A stretch of 61,579 nucleotides of DNA, the filler included, from Candidatus Woesearchaeota archaeon CG1_02_57_44 (GTDB taxonomy: Archaea; Nanobdellota; Nanobdellia; Woesearchaeales; CG1-02-57-44), in NCBI GenBank assembly GCA_001871415.1. It is 5 parts of 5 records of this genome, joined end to end, with 100 filler letters (N's around TTAATTAATTAA, not from the genome) between each part and the next. Parts side by side here need not be neighbours in the genome. Positions count along the whole stretch, not along the records: positions 28,696 to 41,058 come from MNWW01000040.1; 4 more parts are not named here. One strand, given 5' to 3'. How positions within the stretch are numbered: position 1 is the first letter of the stretch; the number at the start of each line of letters is the position of its first letter. The notes under the pieces are model-generated. The model had not been told where the DNA came from, did not search any database, and worked only from the letters and a program-made list of their open reading frames with translations. This document shows positions 28,696-37,919 of the stretch, piece by piece. A program made the translations under genes and the position numbers.

Positions 28696-28916
28696 AGAAG
28701 GTTTTTGACTGCCCGGCCGGCGCATCATATTTCATTCTTCGCGTTGATGCTGTTATGATAGCGGTTGCTGCCGGACGGGCCCAAAAACCCATAGAAGGTT
28801 TTTGACTGCCCGGCCGGCGCATTTGCTCATTCTGATGCGTGCGAGCATGATGGCATTGCCTGCTGCCGGGCGGGCCCGGAAATGCGTAGACATTTCCGAC
28901 TGCCCGGCCGGCGCAT
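28696..28916 (+). repeat. tandem array (period 97/94 bp) of structured units ending in a tRNA-Gly-like 3' end
   Basis: GACTGCCCGGCCGGCGCAT at 28707, 28804 and 28898; TGCTGCCGG(A/G)CGGGCCC at 28766 and 28861. Confidence 0.85.
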
Positions 28917-28988
28917 TCGCTCCTTCTGACACACTGCATCAACAATCCAGGCAAAACCTTATATGCTGTGTATGCCAGGACACATCGT

Positions 28989-29435
28989 ATGCGACGCTGG
29001 CTCATCCTCCTGCTCTTGGTCGGTTGCTCGTCACAATTCATGAGCGTTCCTACAAACACCACCCCGAGCCTGTATCAGACCTGGACGCACGCGCCTGAAC
29101 CATCTATCCACGACCGCATCACCATAGCTGAGGGCGTGATTCCTGTACAGGAGGGAATCTATATCCCGGCGAAGATGTACATTCCTGACTGGTGCAGCAG
29201 AGCTCAGGTGCAAGGTGACGTCAATTGTTTCCATATGGACAGCGGAAGGATACCTCAATATGTGACAATCCCTGATTTTGTCGCAAGAAAAGGCGAATCG
29301 AACTTCACCATAACCGTCAACCCGGGGCTGCTCACGCCCGACATTGAGCAGACCACGTGCATCATCGTGATGCATCATCCTGACCCGGGCTGCGGATCAT
29401 CTCATCACATCCAGATAGCAAAGAGTATCAAGTGA
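28989..29435 (+). CDS. putative lipoprotein / secreted protein
   Basis: MRRWLILLLLVGC lipobox-like signal; Cys-containing beta-rich body. Confidence 0.7.
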   Translation: MRRWLILLLLVGCSSQFMSVPTNTTPSLYQTWTHAPEPSIHDRITIAEGVIPVQEGIYIPAKMYIPDWCSRAQVQGDVNCFHMDSGRIPQYVTIPDFVARKGESNFTITVNPGLLTPDIEQTTCIIVMHHPDPGCGSSHHIQIAKSIK

Positions 29436-29444
29436 CCTGCAGAT

Positions 29445-29927
29445 TCATACAAAGCTTGCTGTTGCCTGCTTGGCCAGCCGCCGTGCATGGTGCAAAGGCT
29501 CAGGCCACTTATGAGGCAATACCACAGCGTCCAGAACCATGACTGCAGCTGCCTTCACATCCAATCCGCGGGCGCTGACAAAGAGCGCTCGTGCGTACCC
29601 CTTGGTCTGTACTTTCTTGGCCAAGGGTTCGCCATCAAGGTACACGACAGCATCGCGTTCTTCACCATCTATGGGCGCGCTCTTGGCCACAGCGACGCAG
29701 GGCAAGCGCAGTTCAGCGCCAAGCGCCAGCATGCCCAATGACCCCTCGACCATCAGCAGCTCAGCGTCACCCCCGGTCTTACGGTACGCGGCAGCCATCA
29801 GCGCAATCCGCTGACGTGCGTCACCATCGACTACCGCAGTAGCGACAATCCGTCGAGCGTCCAGAACAGCGCAGGCGACAATGGCCCTGTCCTGACGCCT
29901 GGCAACAGAGAATCCAGCGATGCGCAT
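29445..29927 (-). CDS. endonuclease V-like protein, degenerate
   Basis: IAG..V, LLMVEG, LPCVAVAK, LFVS, WPEPLHHA follow the EndoV motif order. Confidence 0.75.
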   Translation of the reverse strand: MRIAGFSVARRQDRAIVACAVLDARRIVATAVVDGDARQRIALMAAAYRKTGGDAELLMVEGSLGMLALGAELRLPCVAVAKSAPIDGEERDAVVYLDGEPLAKKVQTKGYARALFVSARGLDVKAAAVMVLDAVVLPHKWPEPLHHARRLAKQATASFV

Positions 29928-30000
29928 GCCGTGAGGAGAATGCCGCTGTTTATCTGCTTTAAGGAATGGGGGCGTCGGGCAGGAGCCAAGTCAGGGGCTC

Positions 30001-30660
30001 CTATTGTCTCCTGCTGAACACTTCGGCATCCCTCTCTCGGCTCAGCAACCCGGCTACCCGGTTGGTGGCCCGCAACAGGAAGCGCAGCTGCCTGATGATG
30101 CCTGCCTGAGAGGGATAGCATGCCATGGCACGATCCTTGCATGAGCTATACGATGAAATGCCGATGGTGCGCAGAGGATACGGCCCGAGCGCGATGTTCG
30201 TTGGAAACCAGACGCAGTACTGGTAAAGCTCGCCCGGGTAGCCTATGTTGCGCAGAACCTGCCGGCCCATCAGGGCAGCCGCCCGGTGGTCGCGGTTGAT
30301 GTCGATAGGGCCATGCAGGAATACTTTCCGGGGACGCACGTTGCGCAGGACCTTGGCGACTCCTGCTGCGAACGCATCAGGATGCTGTGAGAGCCGTCGC
30401 TCCGGGATGTCCACGAAGATAGGGGGCTGAGCGCCAAGCGCCTCGCAGGCGTCCCTGCACTCGCGCTTCCTGATGGCAGCGAGGCCGGGTGTCCGCGCAT
30501 CGCTCGTGAGCACGAGCACATGCGCCTCCCAGCCGTCGGCGACATGCGCGGCGATAGTGCCGCCGCAGGCGATGCTCTCGTCATCGGGGTGGCAGGCGAT
30601 GACGAGGAGGCGTCCTGCTGCTGCCCGTTTCGCCTTGCCTTTGAGCGATCGTGCGCGCAT
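30001..30660 (-). CDS. PIG-L/LmbE family N-acetyl-sugar deacetylase
   Basis: ACHPDDE, RKRE, NRDH, YPSQ. Confidence 0.9.
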   Translation of the reverse strand: MRARSLKGKAKRAAAGRLLVIACHPDDESIACGGTIAAHVADGWEAHVLVLTSDARTPGLAAIRKRECRDACEALGAQPPIFVDIPERRLSQHPDAFAAGVAKVLRNVRPRKVFLHGPIDINRDHRAAALMGRQVLRNIGYPGELYQYCVWFPTNIALGPYPLRTIGISSYSSCKDRAMACYPSQAGIIRQLRFLLRATNRVAGLLSRERDAEVFSRRQ

Positions 30661-30793
30661 GCAGGACCGTACGGCTAAGGAGTTGATAAATCTGCGCACT
30701 TGGATGAGCAAGAACCGGGCTCCAAGAAAATGAGGGCATAAGAGGATGGGACCCATAAGAGGAGACGGTGAGGGCCGTTGCCTTACCACGGCT

Positions 30794-31891
30794 TCAGTTC
30801 AGCCGCATCGCTATCCTGCCGTCCTTGAAGATGGTGACCTTCCCGCCGCTCTGCGAGACGACGATAGCGATGCACTGCAGATGCTTGGTGAGCGCGCAGC
30901 AATTGCGATGCCTCGTGCCATAGCCGGGCAGATGCAGGTCAGCAGCGTCGACATTGATGTAGCTGCCCGCTGATTCGATGATGCCCTTATCATTGATGAC
31001 AAAGACTCCGTCCAGCTGCGCGTAGTTCTTGATGGTCTCGCGAAGCTCTGGGTCGGCGATGCGCCGCTTCTCCTCAGGATATCCGAGGAAGGGGTTGATT
31101 ATCATCTGCCGCAGGCTGCCTGAGAGTTCCTCAGAGTTGCCGATGATAAAGGCAGTTCCTATGCGCCGCCCTTCCCTGCCTTCCTGCGCTATCTCCATGG
31201 CCAGTTTGATGACATGCTCGACGCTTTGGCTGTCCAAATTCTCGGTCAGGTGCATGGTGCTGATGTTGAAAAACACTTGATCCACGTCAAAGATAAAGAG
31301 CTGGCCCTTATAACCAAGGCCTAAGCTTTCATCCTCAACGCAGACCACGCGTTCGCCCTTGCGGATGATGCGACGGTTGATGCCTTCCATGAGCAGCTCT
31401 TTTATGGGCGCTATCGACCCAGGCATGAGCTGTTTCATGTTGGTCTGGTAAGCCATTTTTTCCCAAGCGAGCCCATCAGGACTTGACTTGCGAAACACGG
31501 ATACCAGCACTGGCTGATCGGCCTTGCCGCTCTGCTTGCGCTCCAGGCTGATGATGGCATCAGCGCCTATCTCCTTGCCGATCTTCGCTGCGGCAAGACT
31601 GAGCACGTCTTCAATGCGGACTTTGGCCCGGCTGTCGCCTTCAGCGACGCATTCCTGCGCGCTGTCACATCGCTCTTCTGTCAGGGGTGCAGCAGTTTCA
31701 CCTGCCTGGCGAAGCTGCTGCTGCTCTTCAATGCGTGGCATTTCCGGAGTCTTTGCCTGGCGCTCGTACTCGTTCTGAGCGCCCTCGATGAGAGACTGTA
31801 TTTGCGCCTTGATATCGAGCTCACGCTGGCGCGCTGCTCGTTCAGGGCTGATAAACCCCCATCGGGTTATGGGCACATCCTTCATAGTCAT
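30794..31891 (-). CDS. dacZ: diadenylate cyclase (DisA_N, archaeal DacZ-like)
   Basis: EGREGRRIGTAFIIG, LDGVF (DGA motif), GTRHR (RHR motif), VSQSGG. Confidence 0.9.
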   Translation of the reverse strand: MTMKDVPITRWGFISPERAARQRELDIKAQIQSLIEGAQNEYERQAKTPEMPRIEEQQQLRQAGETAAPLTEERCDSAQECVAEGDSRAKVRIEDVLSLAAAKIGKEIGADAIISLERKQSGKADQPVLVSVFRKSSPDGLAWEKMAYQTNMKQLMPGSIAPIKELLMEGINRRIIRKGERVVCVEDESLGLGYKGQLFIFDVDQVFFNISTMHLTENLDSQSVEHVIKLAMEIAQEGREGRRIGTAFIIGNSEELSGSLRQMIINPFLGYPEEKRRIADPELRETIKNYAQLDGVFVINDKGIIESAGSYINVDAADLHLPGYGTRHRNCCALTKHLQCIAIVVSQSGGKVTIFKDGRIAMRLN

Positions 31892-31992
31892 CTCCTCCCG
31901 AACAGGAGACTGATGACCCTGGCGTCTTTCCAGAGGAACAGGGCTGATAACAGTCCGGTCAACCTCAGGAGTTTTTGTTCGTCCATTGCCAT
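31888..31992 (-). CDS. candidate 34-aa small ORF coupled to dacZ
   Basis: MAMDEQKLLRLTGLLSALFLWKDARVISLLFGRR; its stop overlaps the dacZ ATG (ATGA). Confidence 0.35.
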   Translation of the reverse strand: MAMDEQKLLRLTGLLSALFLWKDARVISLLFGRR

Positions 31993-32345
31993 CGCCTTGA
32001 AGAGTGTGATTTTCGTGTGAGTGTGTGAAAAAGGATTGGCCCCCTGCAGCTTTGGGGTGGGGTCGTTCAGAAAGCAGGGCAGCAGGGGAGCCTTTATTAG
32101 GATTTCTGGATTCTTCGCATCACCTCTCGATATCCAATATATGGTGGTAACTTGTATATAAATGTTACTAAAATGTATACTGATTTATCATTTGTAACCA
32201 TTACTACGTTAATGTGGATTGAATGGACAAAAAATCGCAATTCCAAGAAAACAAGCGATTCAAGGCCCATACGGGCAAAATACACAATCCTGCAGCGATA
32301 CGCATCTGAAACATATAAATAGTCTGCATTAAACCAAAGCGCGTA

Positions 32346-33296
32346 ATGGAAGACCAAGGCGCCTCGAATTCCGAAAGACCATTCACAGATAAGGAATTCA
32401 TGGCGCTCTTCAGGGACAACATCTATCTCTCCAGAGAATTCGCCGAGATAGTGGCAAAATCCCTGAAAATGAGGCTGGGAACCGCCAAGATAGGGACCAA
32501 GACCGTATGTACGCTCAACACCAAGACAGCAGGGTTGCATGCCTACACAGGAATTGAATGTGATGAGCTGGAACAGCAGGGCATCCACTATGGCGCGGTC
32601 TTGAATCAGGACAACAACCATGCGAAGCGCCAATCGATGAAGGAATACGCGCTTCTCGCATGTAGGCCCTATCCGGCAGTACGTAAGGACTATCGCAAGC
32701 AGTTCCGCAACCAGGTAGTGCAGGCAGAGAGGAATGGCCTGAAAGTCGAGGCGCTCACAACAAACTCGGCAGGATTCATCCGCCAGCGAAACATCGCGTT
32801 CCAGATATACAGGCAAGCCATCAGGAAGCATAAGAGCTTCTGCATGCCGAGGGAATTGTGTGACGCCATGTCTGCTATGACCGGAGCGAAAGTATGGCTG
32901 TGCAAAACGGATGAGCGCATCATCAGCTACGCCATCGCCCTAGAGAACCGGGAGAACATCTACATCTCGCTCCAAGGCTCTGATTCATCAGCGATGCATC
33001 TGAGGCCGTCGAATCGCATCTATGATACCATCATCGCCCGCGCGATGGACGAGAGAAAGAACGTGCATTGCGGTTGCGGCCTGCGAGGCGAGGGATATCA
33101 GCGCTTCAAGATGAGCACAGGGTTCACGATGCTCTCTGTGAGAGAGCCAAGACACGCAGCGACGCTGCGCGACCTAGGTCATAGTATAATCAAGACCCCC
33201 CTGCTGAACGATGTGATAGGGCTGCTGGCCAACCTCGCAGCCATGACCCCTAGCATGCGAAGAGCGCTCATACAATTGTATGTGCCTTTTACATAA
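32346..33296 (+). CDS. GNAT/FemAB-like acyltransferase-fold protein
   Basis: FRNQVVQAERNGL, LRPSNRIYDTII, GEGYQRFKMSTG resemble FemAB-like GNAT domains. Confidence 0.65.
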   Translation: MEDQGASNSERPFTDKEFMALFRDNIYLSREFAEIVAKSLKMRLGTAKIGTKTVCTLNTKTAGLHAYTGIECDELEQQGIHYGAVLNQDNNHAKRQSMKEYALLACRPYPAVRKDYRKQFRNQVVQAERNGLKVEALTTNSAGFIRQRNIAFQIYRQAIRKHKSFCMPRELCDAMSAMTGAKVWLCKTDERIISYAIALENRENIYISLQGSDSSAMHLRPSNRIYDTIIARAMDERKNVHCGCGLRGEGYQRFKMSTGFTMLSVREPRHAATLRDLGHSIIKTPLLNDVIGLLANLAAMTPSMRRALIQLYVPFT

Positions 33297-33330
33297 ACAT
33301 CACGCACGCATACGCCAAGAAACAGTGTGA

Positions 33331-33379
33331 GACAGGTCAAGGAAAGTATGCCAGAAGCGTGACAGGTCAAGGAAAGTAT
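33331..33379 (+). repeat. 19-bp direct repeat, period 30
   Basis: GACAGGTCAAGGAAAGTAT at 33331 and 33361. Confidence 0.8.
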
Positions 33380-33402
33380 ACCAAGAATAATGCGAGCGTG
33401 GT

Positions 33403-33825
33403 TCAACTCACTTTCTTGAGCGTCATAGACGGTTTTTCCATCTCGCGCAGCCACATGAGACCAAGGCGCACCATCATCTTATTGAAATTATCAGATATCT
33501 TGTAGGTCTTCTTGTACATATCATAATCGATCATGCCCATGCTGCGAAGCGGCGTCAATATCCGGTCATAGAATTGACGCTTGTTGTAGGAGATCTTGAC
33601 CATCTTGCCCTGATATCCTGGCTCGTCGATATGCGTTATCATGTTGCCGTCGTGAAGCTTTGTGGCAAAAAGACTCATCTCGGTCTTGCCTATCTCTGCG
33701 CCGTTCTCTTTGATATAATTGAGCAACAGCTTCGCGACAATCTCCTGCTGTTTGGTAGAGAAGACTATTTCATAGATGTTCTCTGGCAAATTGAATCTGT
33801 CAAAAAGTATGACCATGTGTTCCAC
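33403..33825 (-). CDS. hypothetical protein, possible winged helix
   Basis: FYDRILTPLRSMGMIDYDMYKKTYKIS helix-wing pattern; SD GGTG upstream. Confidence 0.75.
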   Translation of the reverse strand: MEHMVILFDRFNLPENIYEIVFSTKQQEIVAKLLLNYIKENGAEIGKTEMSLFATKLHDGNMITHIDEPGYQGKMVKISYNKRQFYDRILTPLRSMGMIDYDMYKKTYKISDNFNKMMVRLGLMWLREMEKPSMTLKKVS

Positions 33826-34084
33826 CTGATTACTATCGCCTAGGCCCCCTCTCTTCCCTGGCAGTACTGGTATCGTAGCTCAGTATATAAATGTTGTTGC
33901 TGTATGCAATTCATGTAATTTGTATTGTTACCCTACTGGTTTATGCCATTGGGTTCTAGTGTGGTTGTCAGGATGACAGGAGCAGGATTCAGCGTTTCTT
34001 GAGAAAGCTCAATGGGTTGAGCGACAGGGACGCAAAAGACGATCCTGCGCCGTCCGCAGGAAAGGTAATCCCCTCCACCCTTGG

Positions 34085-35254
34085 TCACAGGTTCATGCCA
34101 CGAGCGAGCGCTGCCCTGAGCGCAGGAACACTCGCATCCCAGGACCCCTGCACCAGCGCAGTGGCTCGCGCCCTGCGCTGCAGAGCTGATAGGCACACAG
34201 GATCCAAAACCAAGCCCGCAAGTATCTTCGCCAGCCCCGCATTGTCATGGGGATCGATATGATGGCCATTGACCCCTGGGACAACAGACCGCGACGTGAC
34301 AGACACATCCGTGCAGACAGGCGCAGCACCGCAGCTCATGGCCTCCAGAAGCGAGAGCGATGTCGATTCAGAGAACGACGGGTGCACGAAGATATCGATT
34401 GCCTGTAGGTACGCCACCACATCAGGCACAGGACCCGCCACCTTGCATCGGGGGATGCGTGACAAGCGCGCCGTGACCGCGGATGAGCCAGAGCCGACGA
34501 GCAGCAGCTGCACCCGCCCCGCCACACTCGTCGCGAGCAGTCTCCTGTACGCGCGTTCGAGCAGCGCAAGATTCTTTTCCGGCGTCAGTCGGCCGACATA
34601 ACCAATAACTACCTTGTCATCAGGCAACCCCACCGCGCGCTTTGCCATGGCTCTGTCCGCGGAAGGGATAAAACGGGCCGTATCGATGCCCAGCGGCACC
34701 ACTTCCAGGGCAGGTCCTAGGAACCCTGCCTTGCGGACCAATGTGACCATGCTCTCATGGGGGACCATGACCATTGAGGCCTTGTCATAGGTGCGAAGGA
34801 CAACGGGACGCAACATGCTGCCAGCGCCATTGACCAGTGCCTCCTGGCGGAAGAGCACTCTCGCGACGATCTCCCACTCCTTTGCGTGCAGGGTCGCGAA
34901 GAGACGCTTGTCCTGCCGGACAGATTCTCTCGCCGCGCTGCGCCCGATGGGACCTGTGCCCTGCACCCATACAGCGTCAGCCTGCCTGACCTGCTGGTGC
35001 ACGACTGCCGCGTCGGTCTTGGTCGCGGCGCATCCACGGAATTTGAGGACTTTGCTGACCGGGAAGCGTATCAGTGAGCATCCCTCTGGCAGCGGCGGCT
35101 CCGGGCCGAAATCAGGGGCGAGGATGGTGATGGCATAGTCCTGGCTGATCACTGGCAGCACGGCCGCGAGAAATCTGCTGATACCATCGATACGGGGCAA
35201 GAACCAGTCTGTGGCTATCAGCAGCCTTGGTTTTTCCGATCTTCCATCGCTCAT
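34085..35254 (-). CDS. glycosyltransferase family 4
   Basis: ATDWFLPRIDGI, YVGRLTPEKN, PSFSESTSLSLLEAMSCG. Confidence 0.93.
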   Translation of the reverse strand: MSDGRSEKPRLLIATDWFLPRIDGISRFLAAVLPVISQDYAITILAPDFGPEPPLPEGCSLIRFPVSKVLKFRGCAATKTDAAVVHQQVRQADAVWVQGTGPIGRSAARESVRQDKRLFATLHAKEWEIVARVLFRQEALVNGAGSMLRPVVLRTYDKASMVMVPHESMVTLVRKAGFLGPALEVVPLGIDTARFIPSADRAMAKRAVGLPDDKVVIGYVGRLTPEKNLALLERAYRRLLATSVAGRVQLLLVGSGSSAVTARLSRIPRCKVAGPVPDVVAYLQAIDIFVHPSFSESTSLSLLEAMSCGAAPVCTDVSVTSRSVVPGVNGHHIDPHDNAGLAKILAGLVLDPVCLSALQRRARATALVQGSWDASVPALRAALARGMNL

Positions 35255-35407
35255 ACAGTCATGACAATCGACTATCATATTAATCATGCGGTCGTATCTC
35301 CCAGAAAATGGCTGTGCAGCAAGGAACTGACCAAGACAAGAACTGCTCAATCCTCCCAGGTCCCATCACTGATGGAATAGCTACACAATATCATCAGTTC
35401 GACAGTA

Positions 35408-36535
35408 CTAACAGTACTCATTGATAGCAGTGATGAGCTGCGCGACCGTCTTCTCCCAGCTGTAGCTGGAGACGATGGTCTTTCGCGCGTTGTCCTGCAG
35501 CTTGACCAGCAGCTTTGGCTCCGCCAGCAGCTGCTCAAGTTTTTTCGAGAGCGCAAAGGAGTTCTCCTTGGGAAAAAACAACCCATTGTATCCTTCCTGC
35601 ACATAGTCCTTGACCAGCCCCACCTGCGTGACCACTGGCGCTACCGCGCAGCTCATGGCCTCCATTGTGCACAGCGACGATGTCTCGGTCAGCGACGGCA
35701 ATACGAAGATATCCATGGCCCGCAGGTAGTCGACCACGTTATCGCGCTGGCCGGTGAAGTGCATGCGCTCCTTGTCCATGAACAGGTGCTCAAGACTGGG
35801 TATCCCGAATCCTACCACCAGCAGCTCCACGTCGCGGTGCCTGCGGCAAAGGCGAAGGAACGCTCGCTGCAGCGTGAGCATGCTCTTCTCGCGCGCGAGC
35901 CGGCCAGTGTAGCCGATGACCACATGGCTGGGGTCGATGCCCAGCTGCTGCTTCTCTTTTGCCTTGTTCTCTGATGGAGAGAAATACTCCGTATCAACGC
36001 CAAGAGGAATGATGCGTTTCGTGCTGCTGATGCGCATCCATGTGAAGAGCTCCTTGACCTCGAGGCTCGGGACCAGCAGCAGATCGCAGCGGTTATAGTG
36101 CATGATGGCCGCGCGCTTGATCACGGAACGAATCAGGCGTCGCATAAAGTCATGGGACGTGAGACCCCTGCTGAACAGGTCCCATTCGATGCTGTGGATA
36201 TAGGCGATGATGGGCTTGTTCTGCTTGTATGCCTCACGCCTGGCTGCAAGACCAATAGGCCCCATGGCCTGGATGAAGACCGCATCAGCGCGACGGACTT
36301 GCTCTGCCAGGATTTTCCGGTTCGCCGTCGCTGGCTGAAAGGCGTTGATGGATAAGCGCCAGTGTGGAAAGCGCACCATGGTGACACCGAAGTCTTTTGG
36401 CAGCGGTCCGAAATCAGGCGCAATGACCGTTATCTCAAAGTGCTTGACAAGGCTTGGTATGATAGATGACAGGAATCGTGATATACCATCCCAGCGGGGG
36501 AGGAAATGGTCCGTGGCGATGAGCAAGCGCTTCAT
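35408..36535 (-). CDS. glycosyltransferase family 4
   Basis: ATDHFLPRWDGI, YTGRLAREKS, PSLTETSSLCTMEAMSC. Confidence 0.95.
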   Translation of the reverse strand: MKRLLIATDHFLPRWDGISRFLSSIIPSLVKHFEITVIAPDFGPLPKDFGVTMVRFPHWRLSINAFQPATANRKILAEQVRRADAVFIQAMGPIGLAARREAYKQNKPIIAYIHSIEWDLFSRGLTSHDFMRRLIRSVIKRAAIMHYNRCDLLLVPSLEVKELFTWMRISSTKRIIPLGVDTEYFSPSENKAKEKQQLGIDPSHVVIGYTGRLAREKSMLTLQRAFLRLCRRHRDVELLVVGFGIPSLEHLFMDKERMHFTGQRDNVVDYLRAMDIFVLPSLTETSSLCTMEAMSCAVAPVVTQVGLVKDYVQEGYNGLFFPKENSFALSKKLEQLLAEPKLLVKLQDNARKTIVSSYSWEKTVAQLITAINEYC

Positions 36536-36538
36536 GGT

Positions 36539-37291
36539 CTATTGCACCCGGGTGAATGCTTCTGCGTACCGATAACCATACTCATAGCCGGCGAACAGCG
36601 CTCGCAGGTACACGATCGGAAGCAGGATGCCAAGGCTCATGTACTGGCTATGGAACTTGCGCAGCGCAGCTATCTTTGTGGAGAACTGATCAGTGACGTC
36701 GACGATCAGCCGGGTATGGTTGCCTGGTTGCACGAACAGGAAGTTCCAGATCTCAAAGGTATAGACCTCGCAATTCGAGCGCATGGTACGCAAGGTGTCA
36801 AGCGTGATACGATTGACTGCGCGATGGTCCGCGTGCAGATCGCGCCTGCTGTGCGTGAAGATCTTTGACGGCTTGATGCTCTTGATAAGCTCCTTGAAGC
36901 GGGTCTTGAATCGCTTGTTCTTGACTTCATCTGCGAAGCGGCCCTCCTTGAATCCGAGGAAGACCGTCTGTTTAGCCTGCAGCATGTCGGCTGCTGCCCT
37001 GGACTCCCTGACACGCGTCTTGGCCAGAAGTTCTGGCTGTATCCAGGGGTGGCTGCCCTCGCCATAGCTGAAGATCATAGCGAAGATGTTCTTGCCCTCA
37101 GCGGCGTAGCGCGCCATGGTGCCGCCAGGGCCGAAGACCTCGTCGTCCGGGTGCGCCACGATGACCAGGATGTTCTCCGCGCCGGGCTTACTGACAGGTA
37201 TGCCGTTCACTGCTTCAGCAGGAAGCGCTTTGGCATCCCCTGAAGCGACCTCTGACGCCTCGTCCGCGCCATCAGCAGTTGTGCGGGCCAT
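36539..37291 (-). CDS. PIG-L/LmbE family deacetylase
   Basis: VAHPDDE, RVRES, HADH, FHSQ. Confidence 0.93.
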   Translation of the reverse strand: MARTTADGADEASEVASGDAKALPAEAVNGIPVSKPGAENILVIVAHPDDEVFGPGGTMARYAAEGKNIFAMIFSYGEGSHPWIQPELLAKTRVRESRAAADMLQAKQTVFLGFKEGRFADEVKNKRFKTRFKELIKSIKPSKIFTHSRRDLHADHRAVNRITLDTLRTMRSNCEVYTFEIWNFLFVQPGNHTRLIVDVTDQFSTKIAALRKFHSQYMSLGILLPIVYLRALFAGYEYGYRYAEAFTRVQ

Positions 37292-37422
37292 ATCGGGCAG
37301 TAAAGTGGGCAGTGCTTTAAATATGTTAAGGGAAAGCACACAGTCTATGATTGCAAGAAAAGGAGGGGTAGAAGAGCATACGCATATGCCACCTCATGGC
37401 ACAGTCTACAGATATCATGGAA

Positions 37423-37887
37423 TCACACCCCATCCACCGCGCTCTTCATCTTCGCTTCCACCTCGGCCGCGATAGCGTCCAGCGCAGGGTTCCCGACCAC
37501 GCCAAGCGCTACGGTGGGCAGCATCATACCCACCAGGGTCTTGCCATCCCTGCGACAGACCGTGACATTGCACGGGAGCAGCAATCCGAGATCAGGCTCT
37601 GCTTCCAGCGCCTTGTGCGCGAACGGGGGATTGCAGGCGCCCAGTATCAGATAAGGGTCCACGTCCAGCCCGAGCTTCTTCTTGAGCGTCGCCTGCACAT
37701 CTATCTCTGTCAACACACCAAAGCCCTCGGCCGAAAGCGCCTCGCGCACGGCCATGACAGCGTCAGCAAAGTCCCGAGCAACAGCGCGCACATAGCCGTA
37801 GCTTGGTTGTGTGATATGACATAAGACGTCCTCGTCCTCTGCAGATGACACGGCCACCCGCGTCGATGCATCAGGTCCAGTTTCCAT
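37423..37887 (-). CDS. DUF302 family protein
   Basis: GFGVLTEIDVQATLKKKL, ILGACNP, GLLLPCNV. Confidence 0.9.
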   Translation of the reverse strand: METGPDASTRVAVSSAEDEDVLCHITQPSYGYVRAVARDFADAVMAVREALSAEGFGVLTEIDVQATLKKKLGLDVDPYLILGACNPPFAHKALEAEPDLGLLLPCNVTVCRRDGKTLVGMMLPTVALGVVGNPALDAIAAEVEAKMKSAVDGV

Positions 37888-37919
37888 GGAGTCACCCCTG
37901 CGCTGGCGCAGCCGCATGC

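Noticed and set aside
28696..28916. CRISPR array (about 57-nt repeats with 38-40-nt spacers)
   Set aside because: Spacers resemble each other, the repeat core varies, the repeats end in a tRNA-like 3' end, and there are no cas genes in the window
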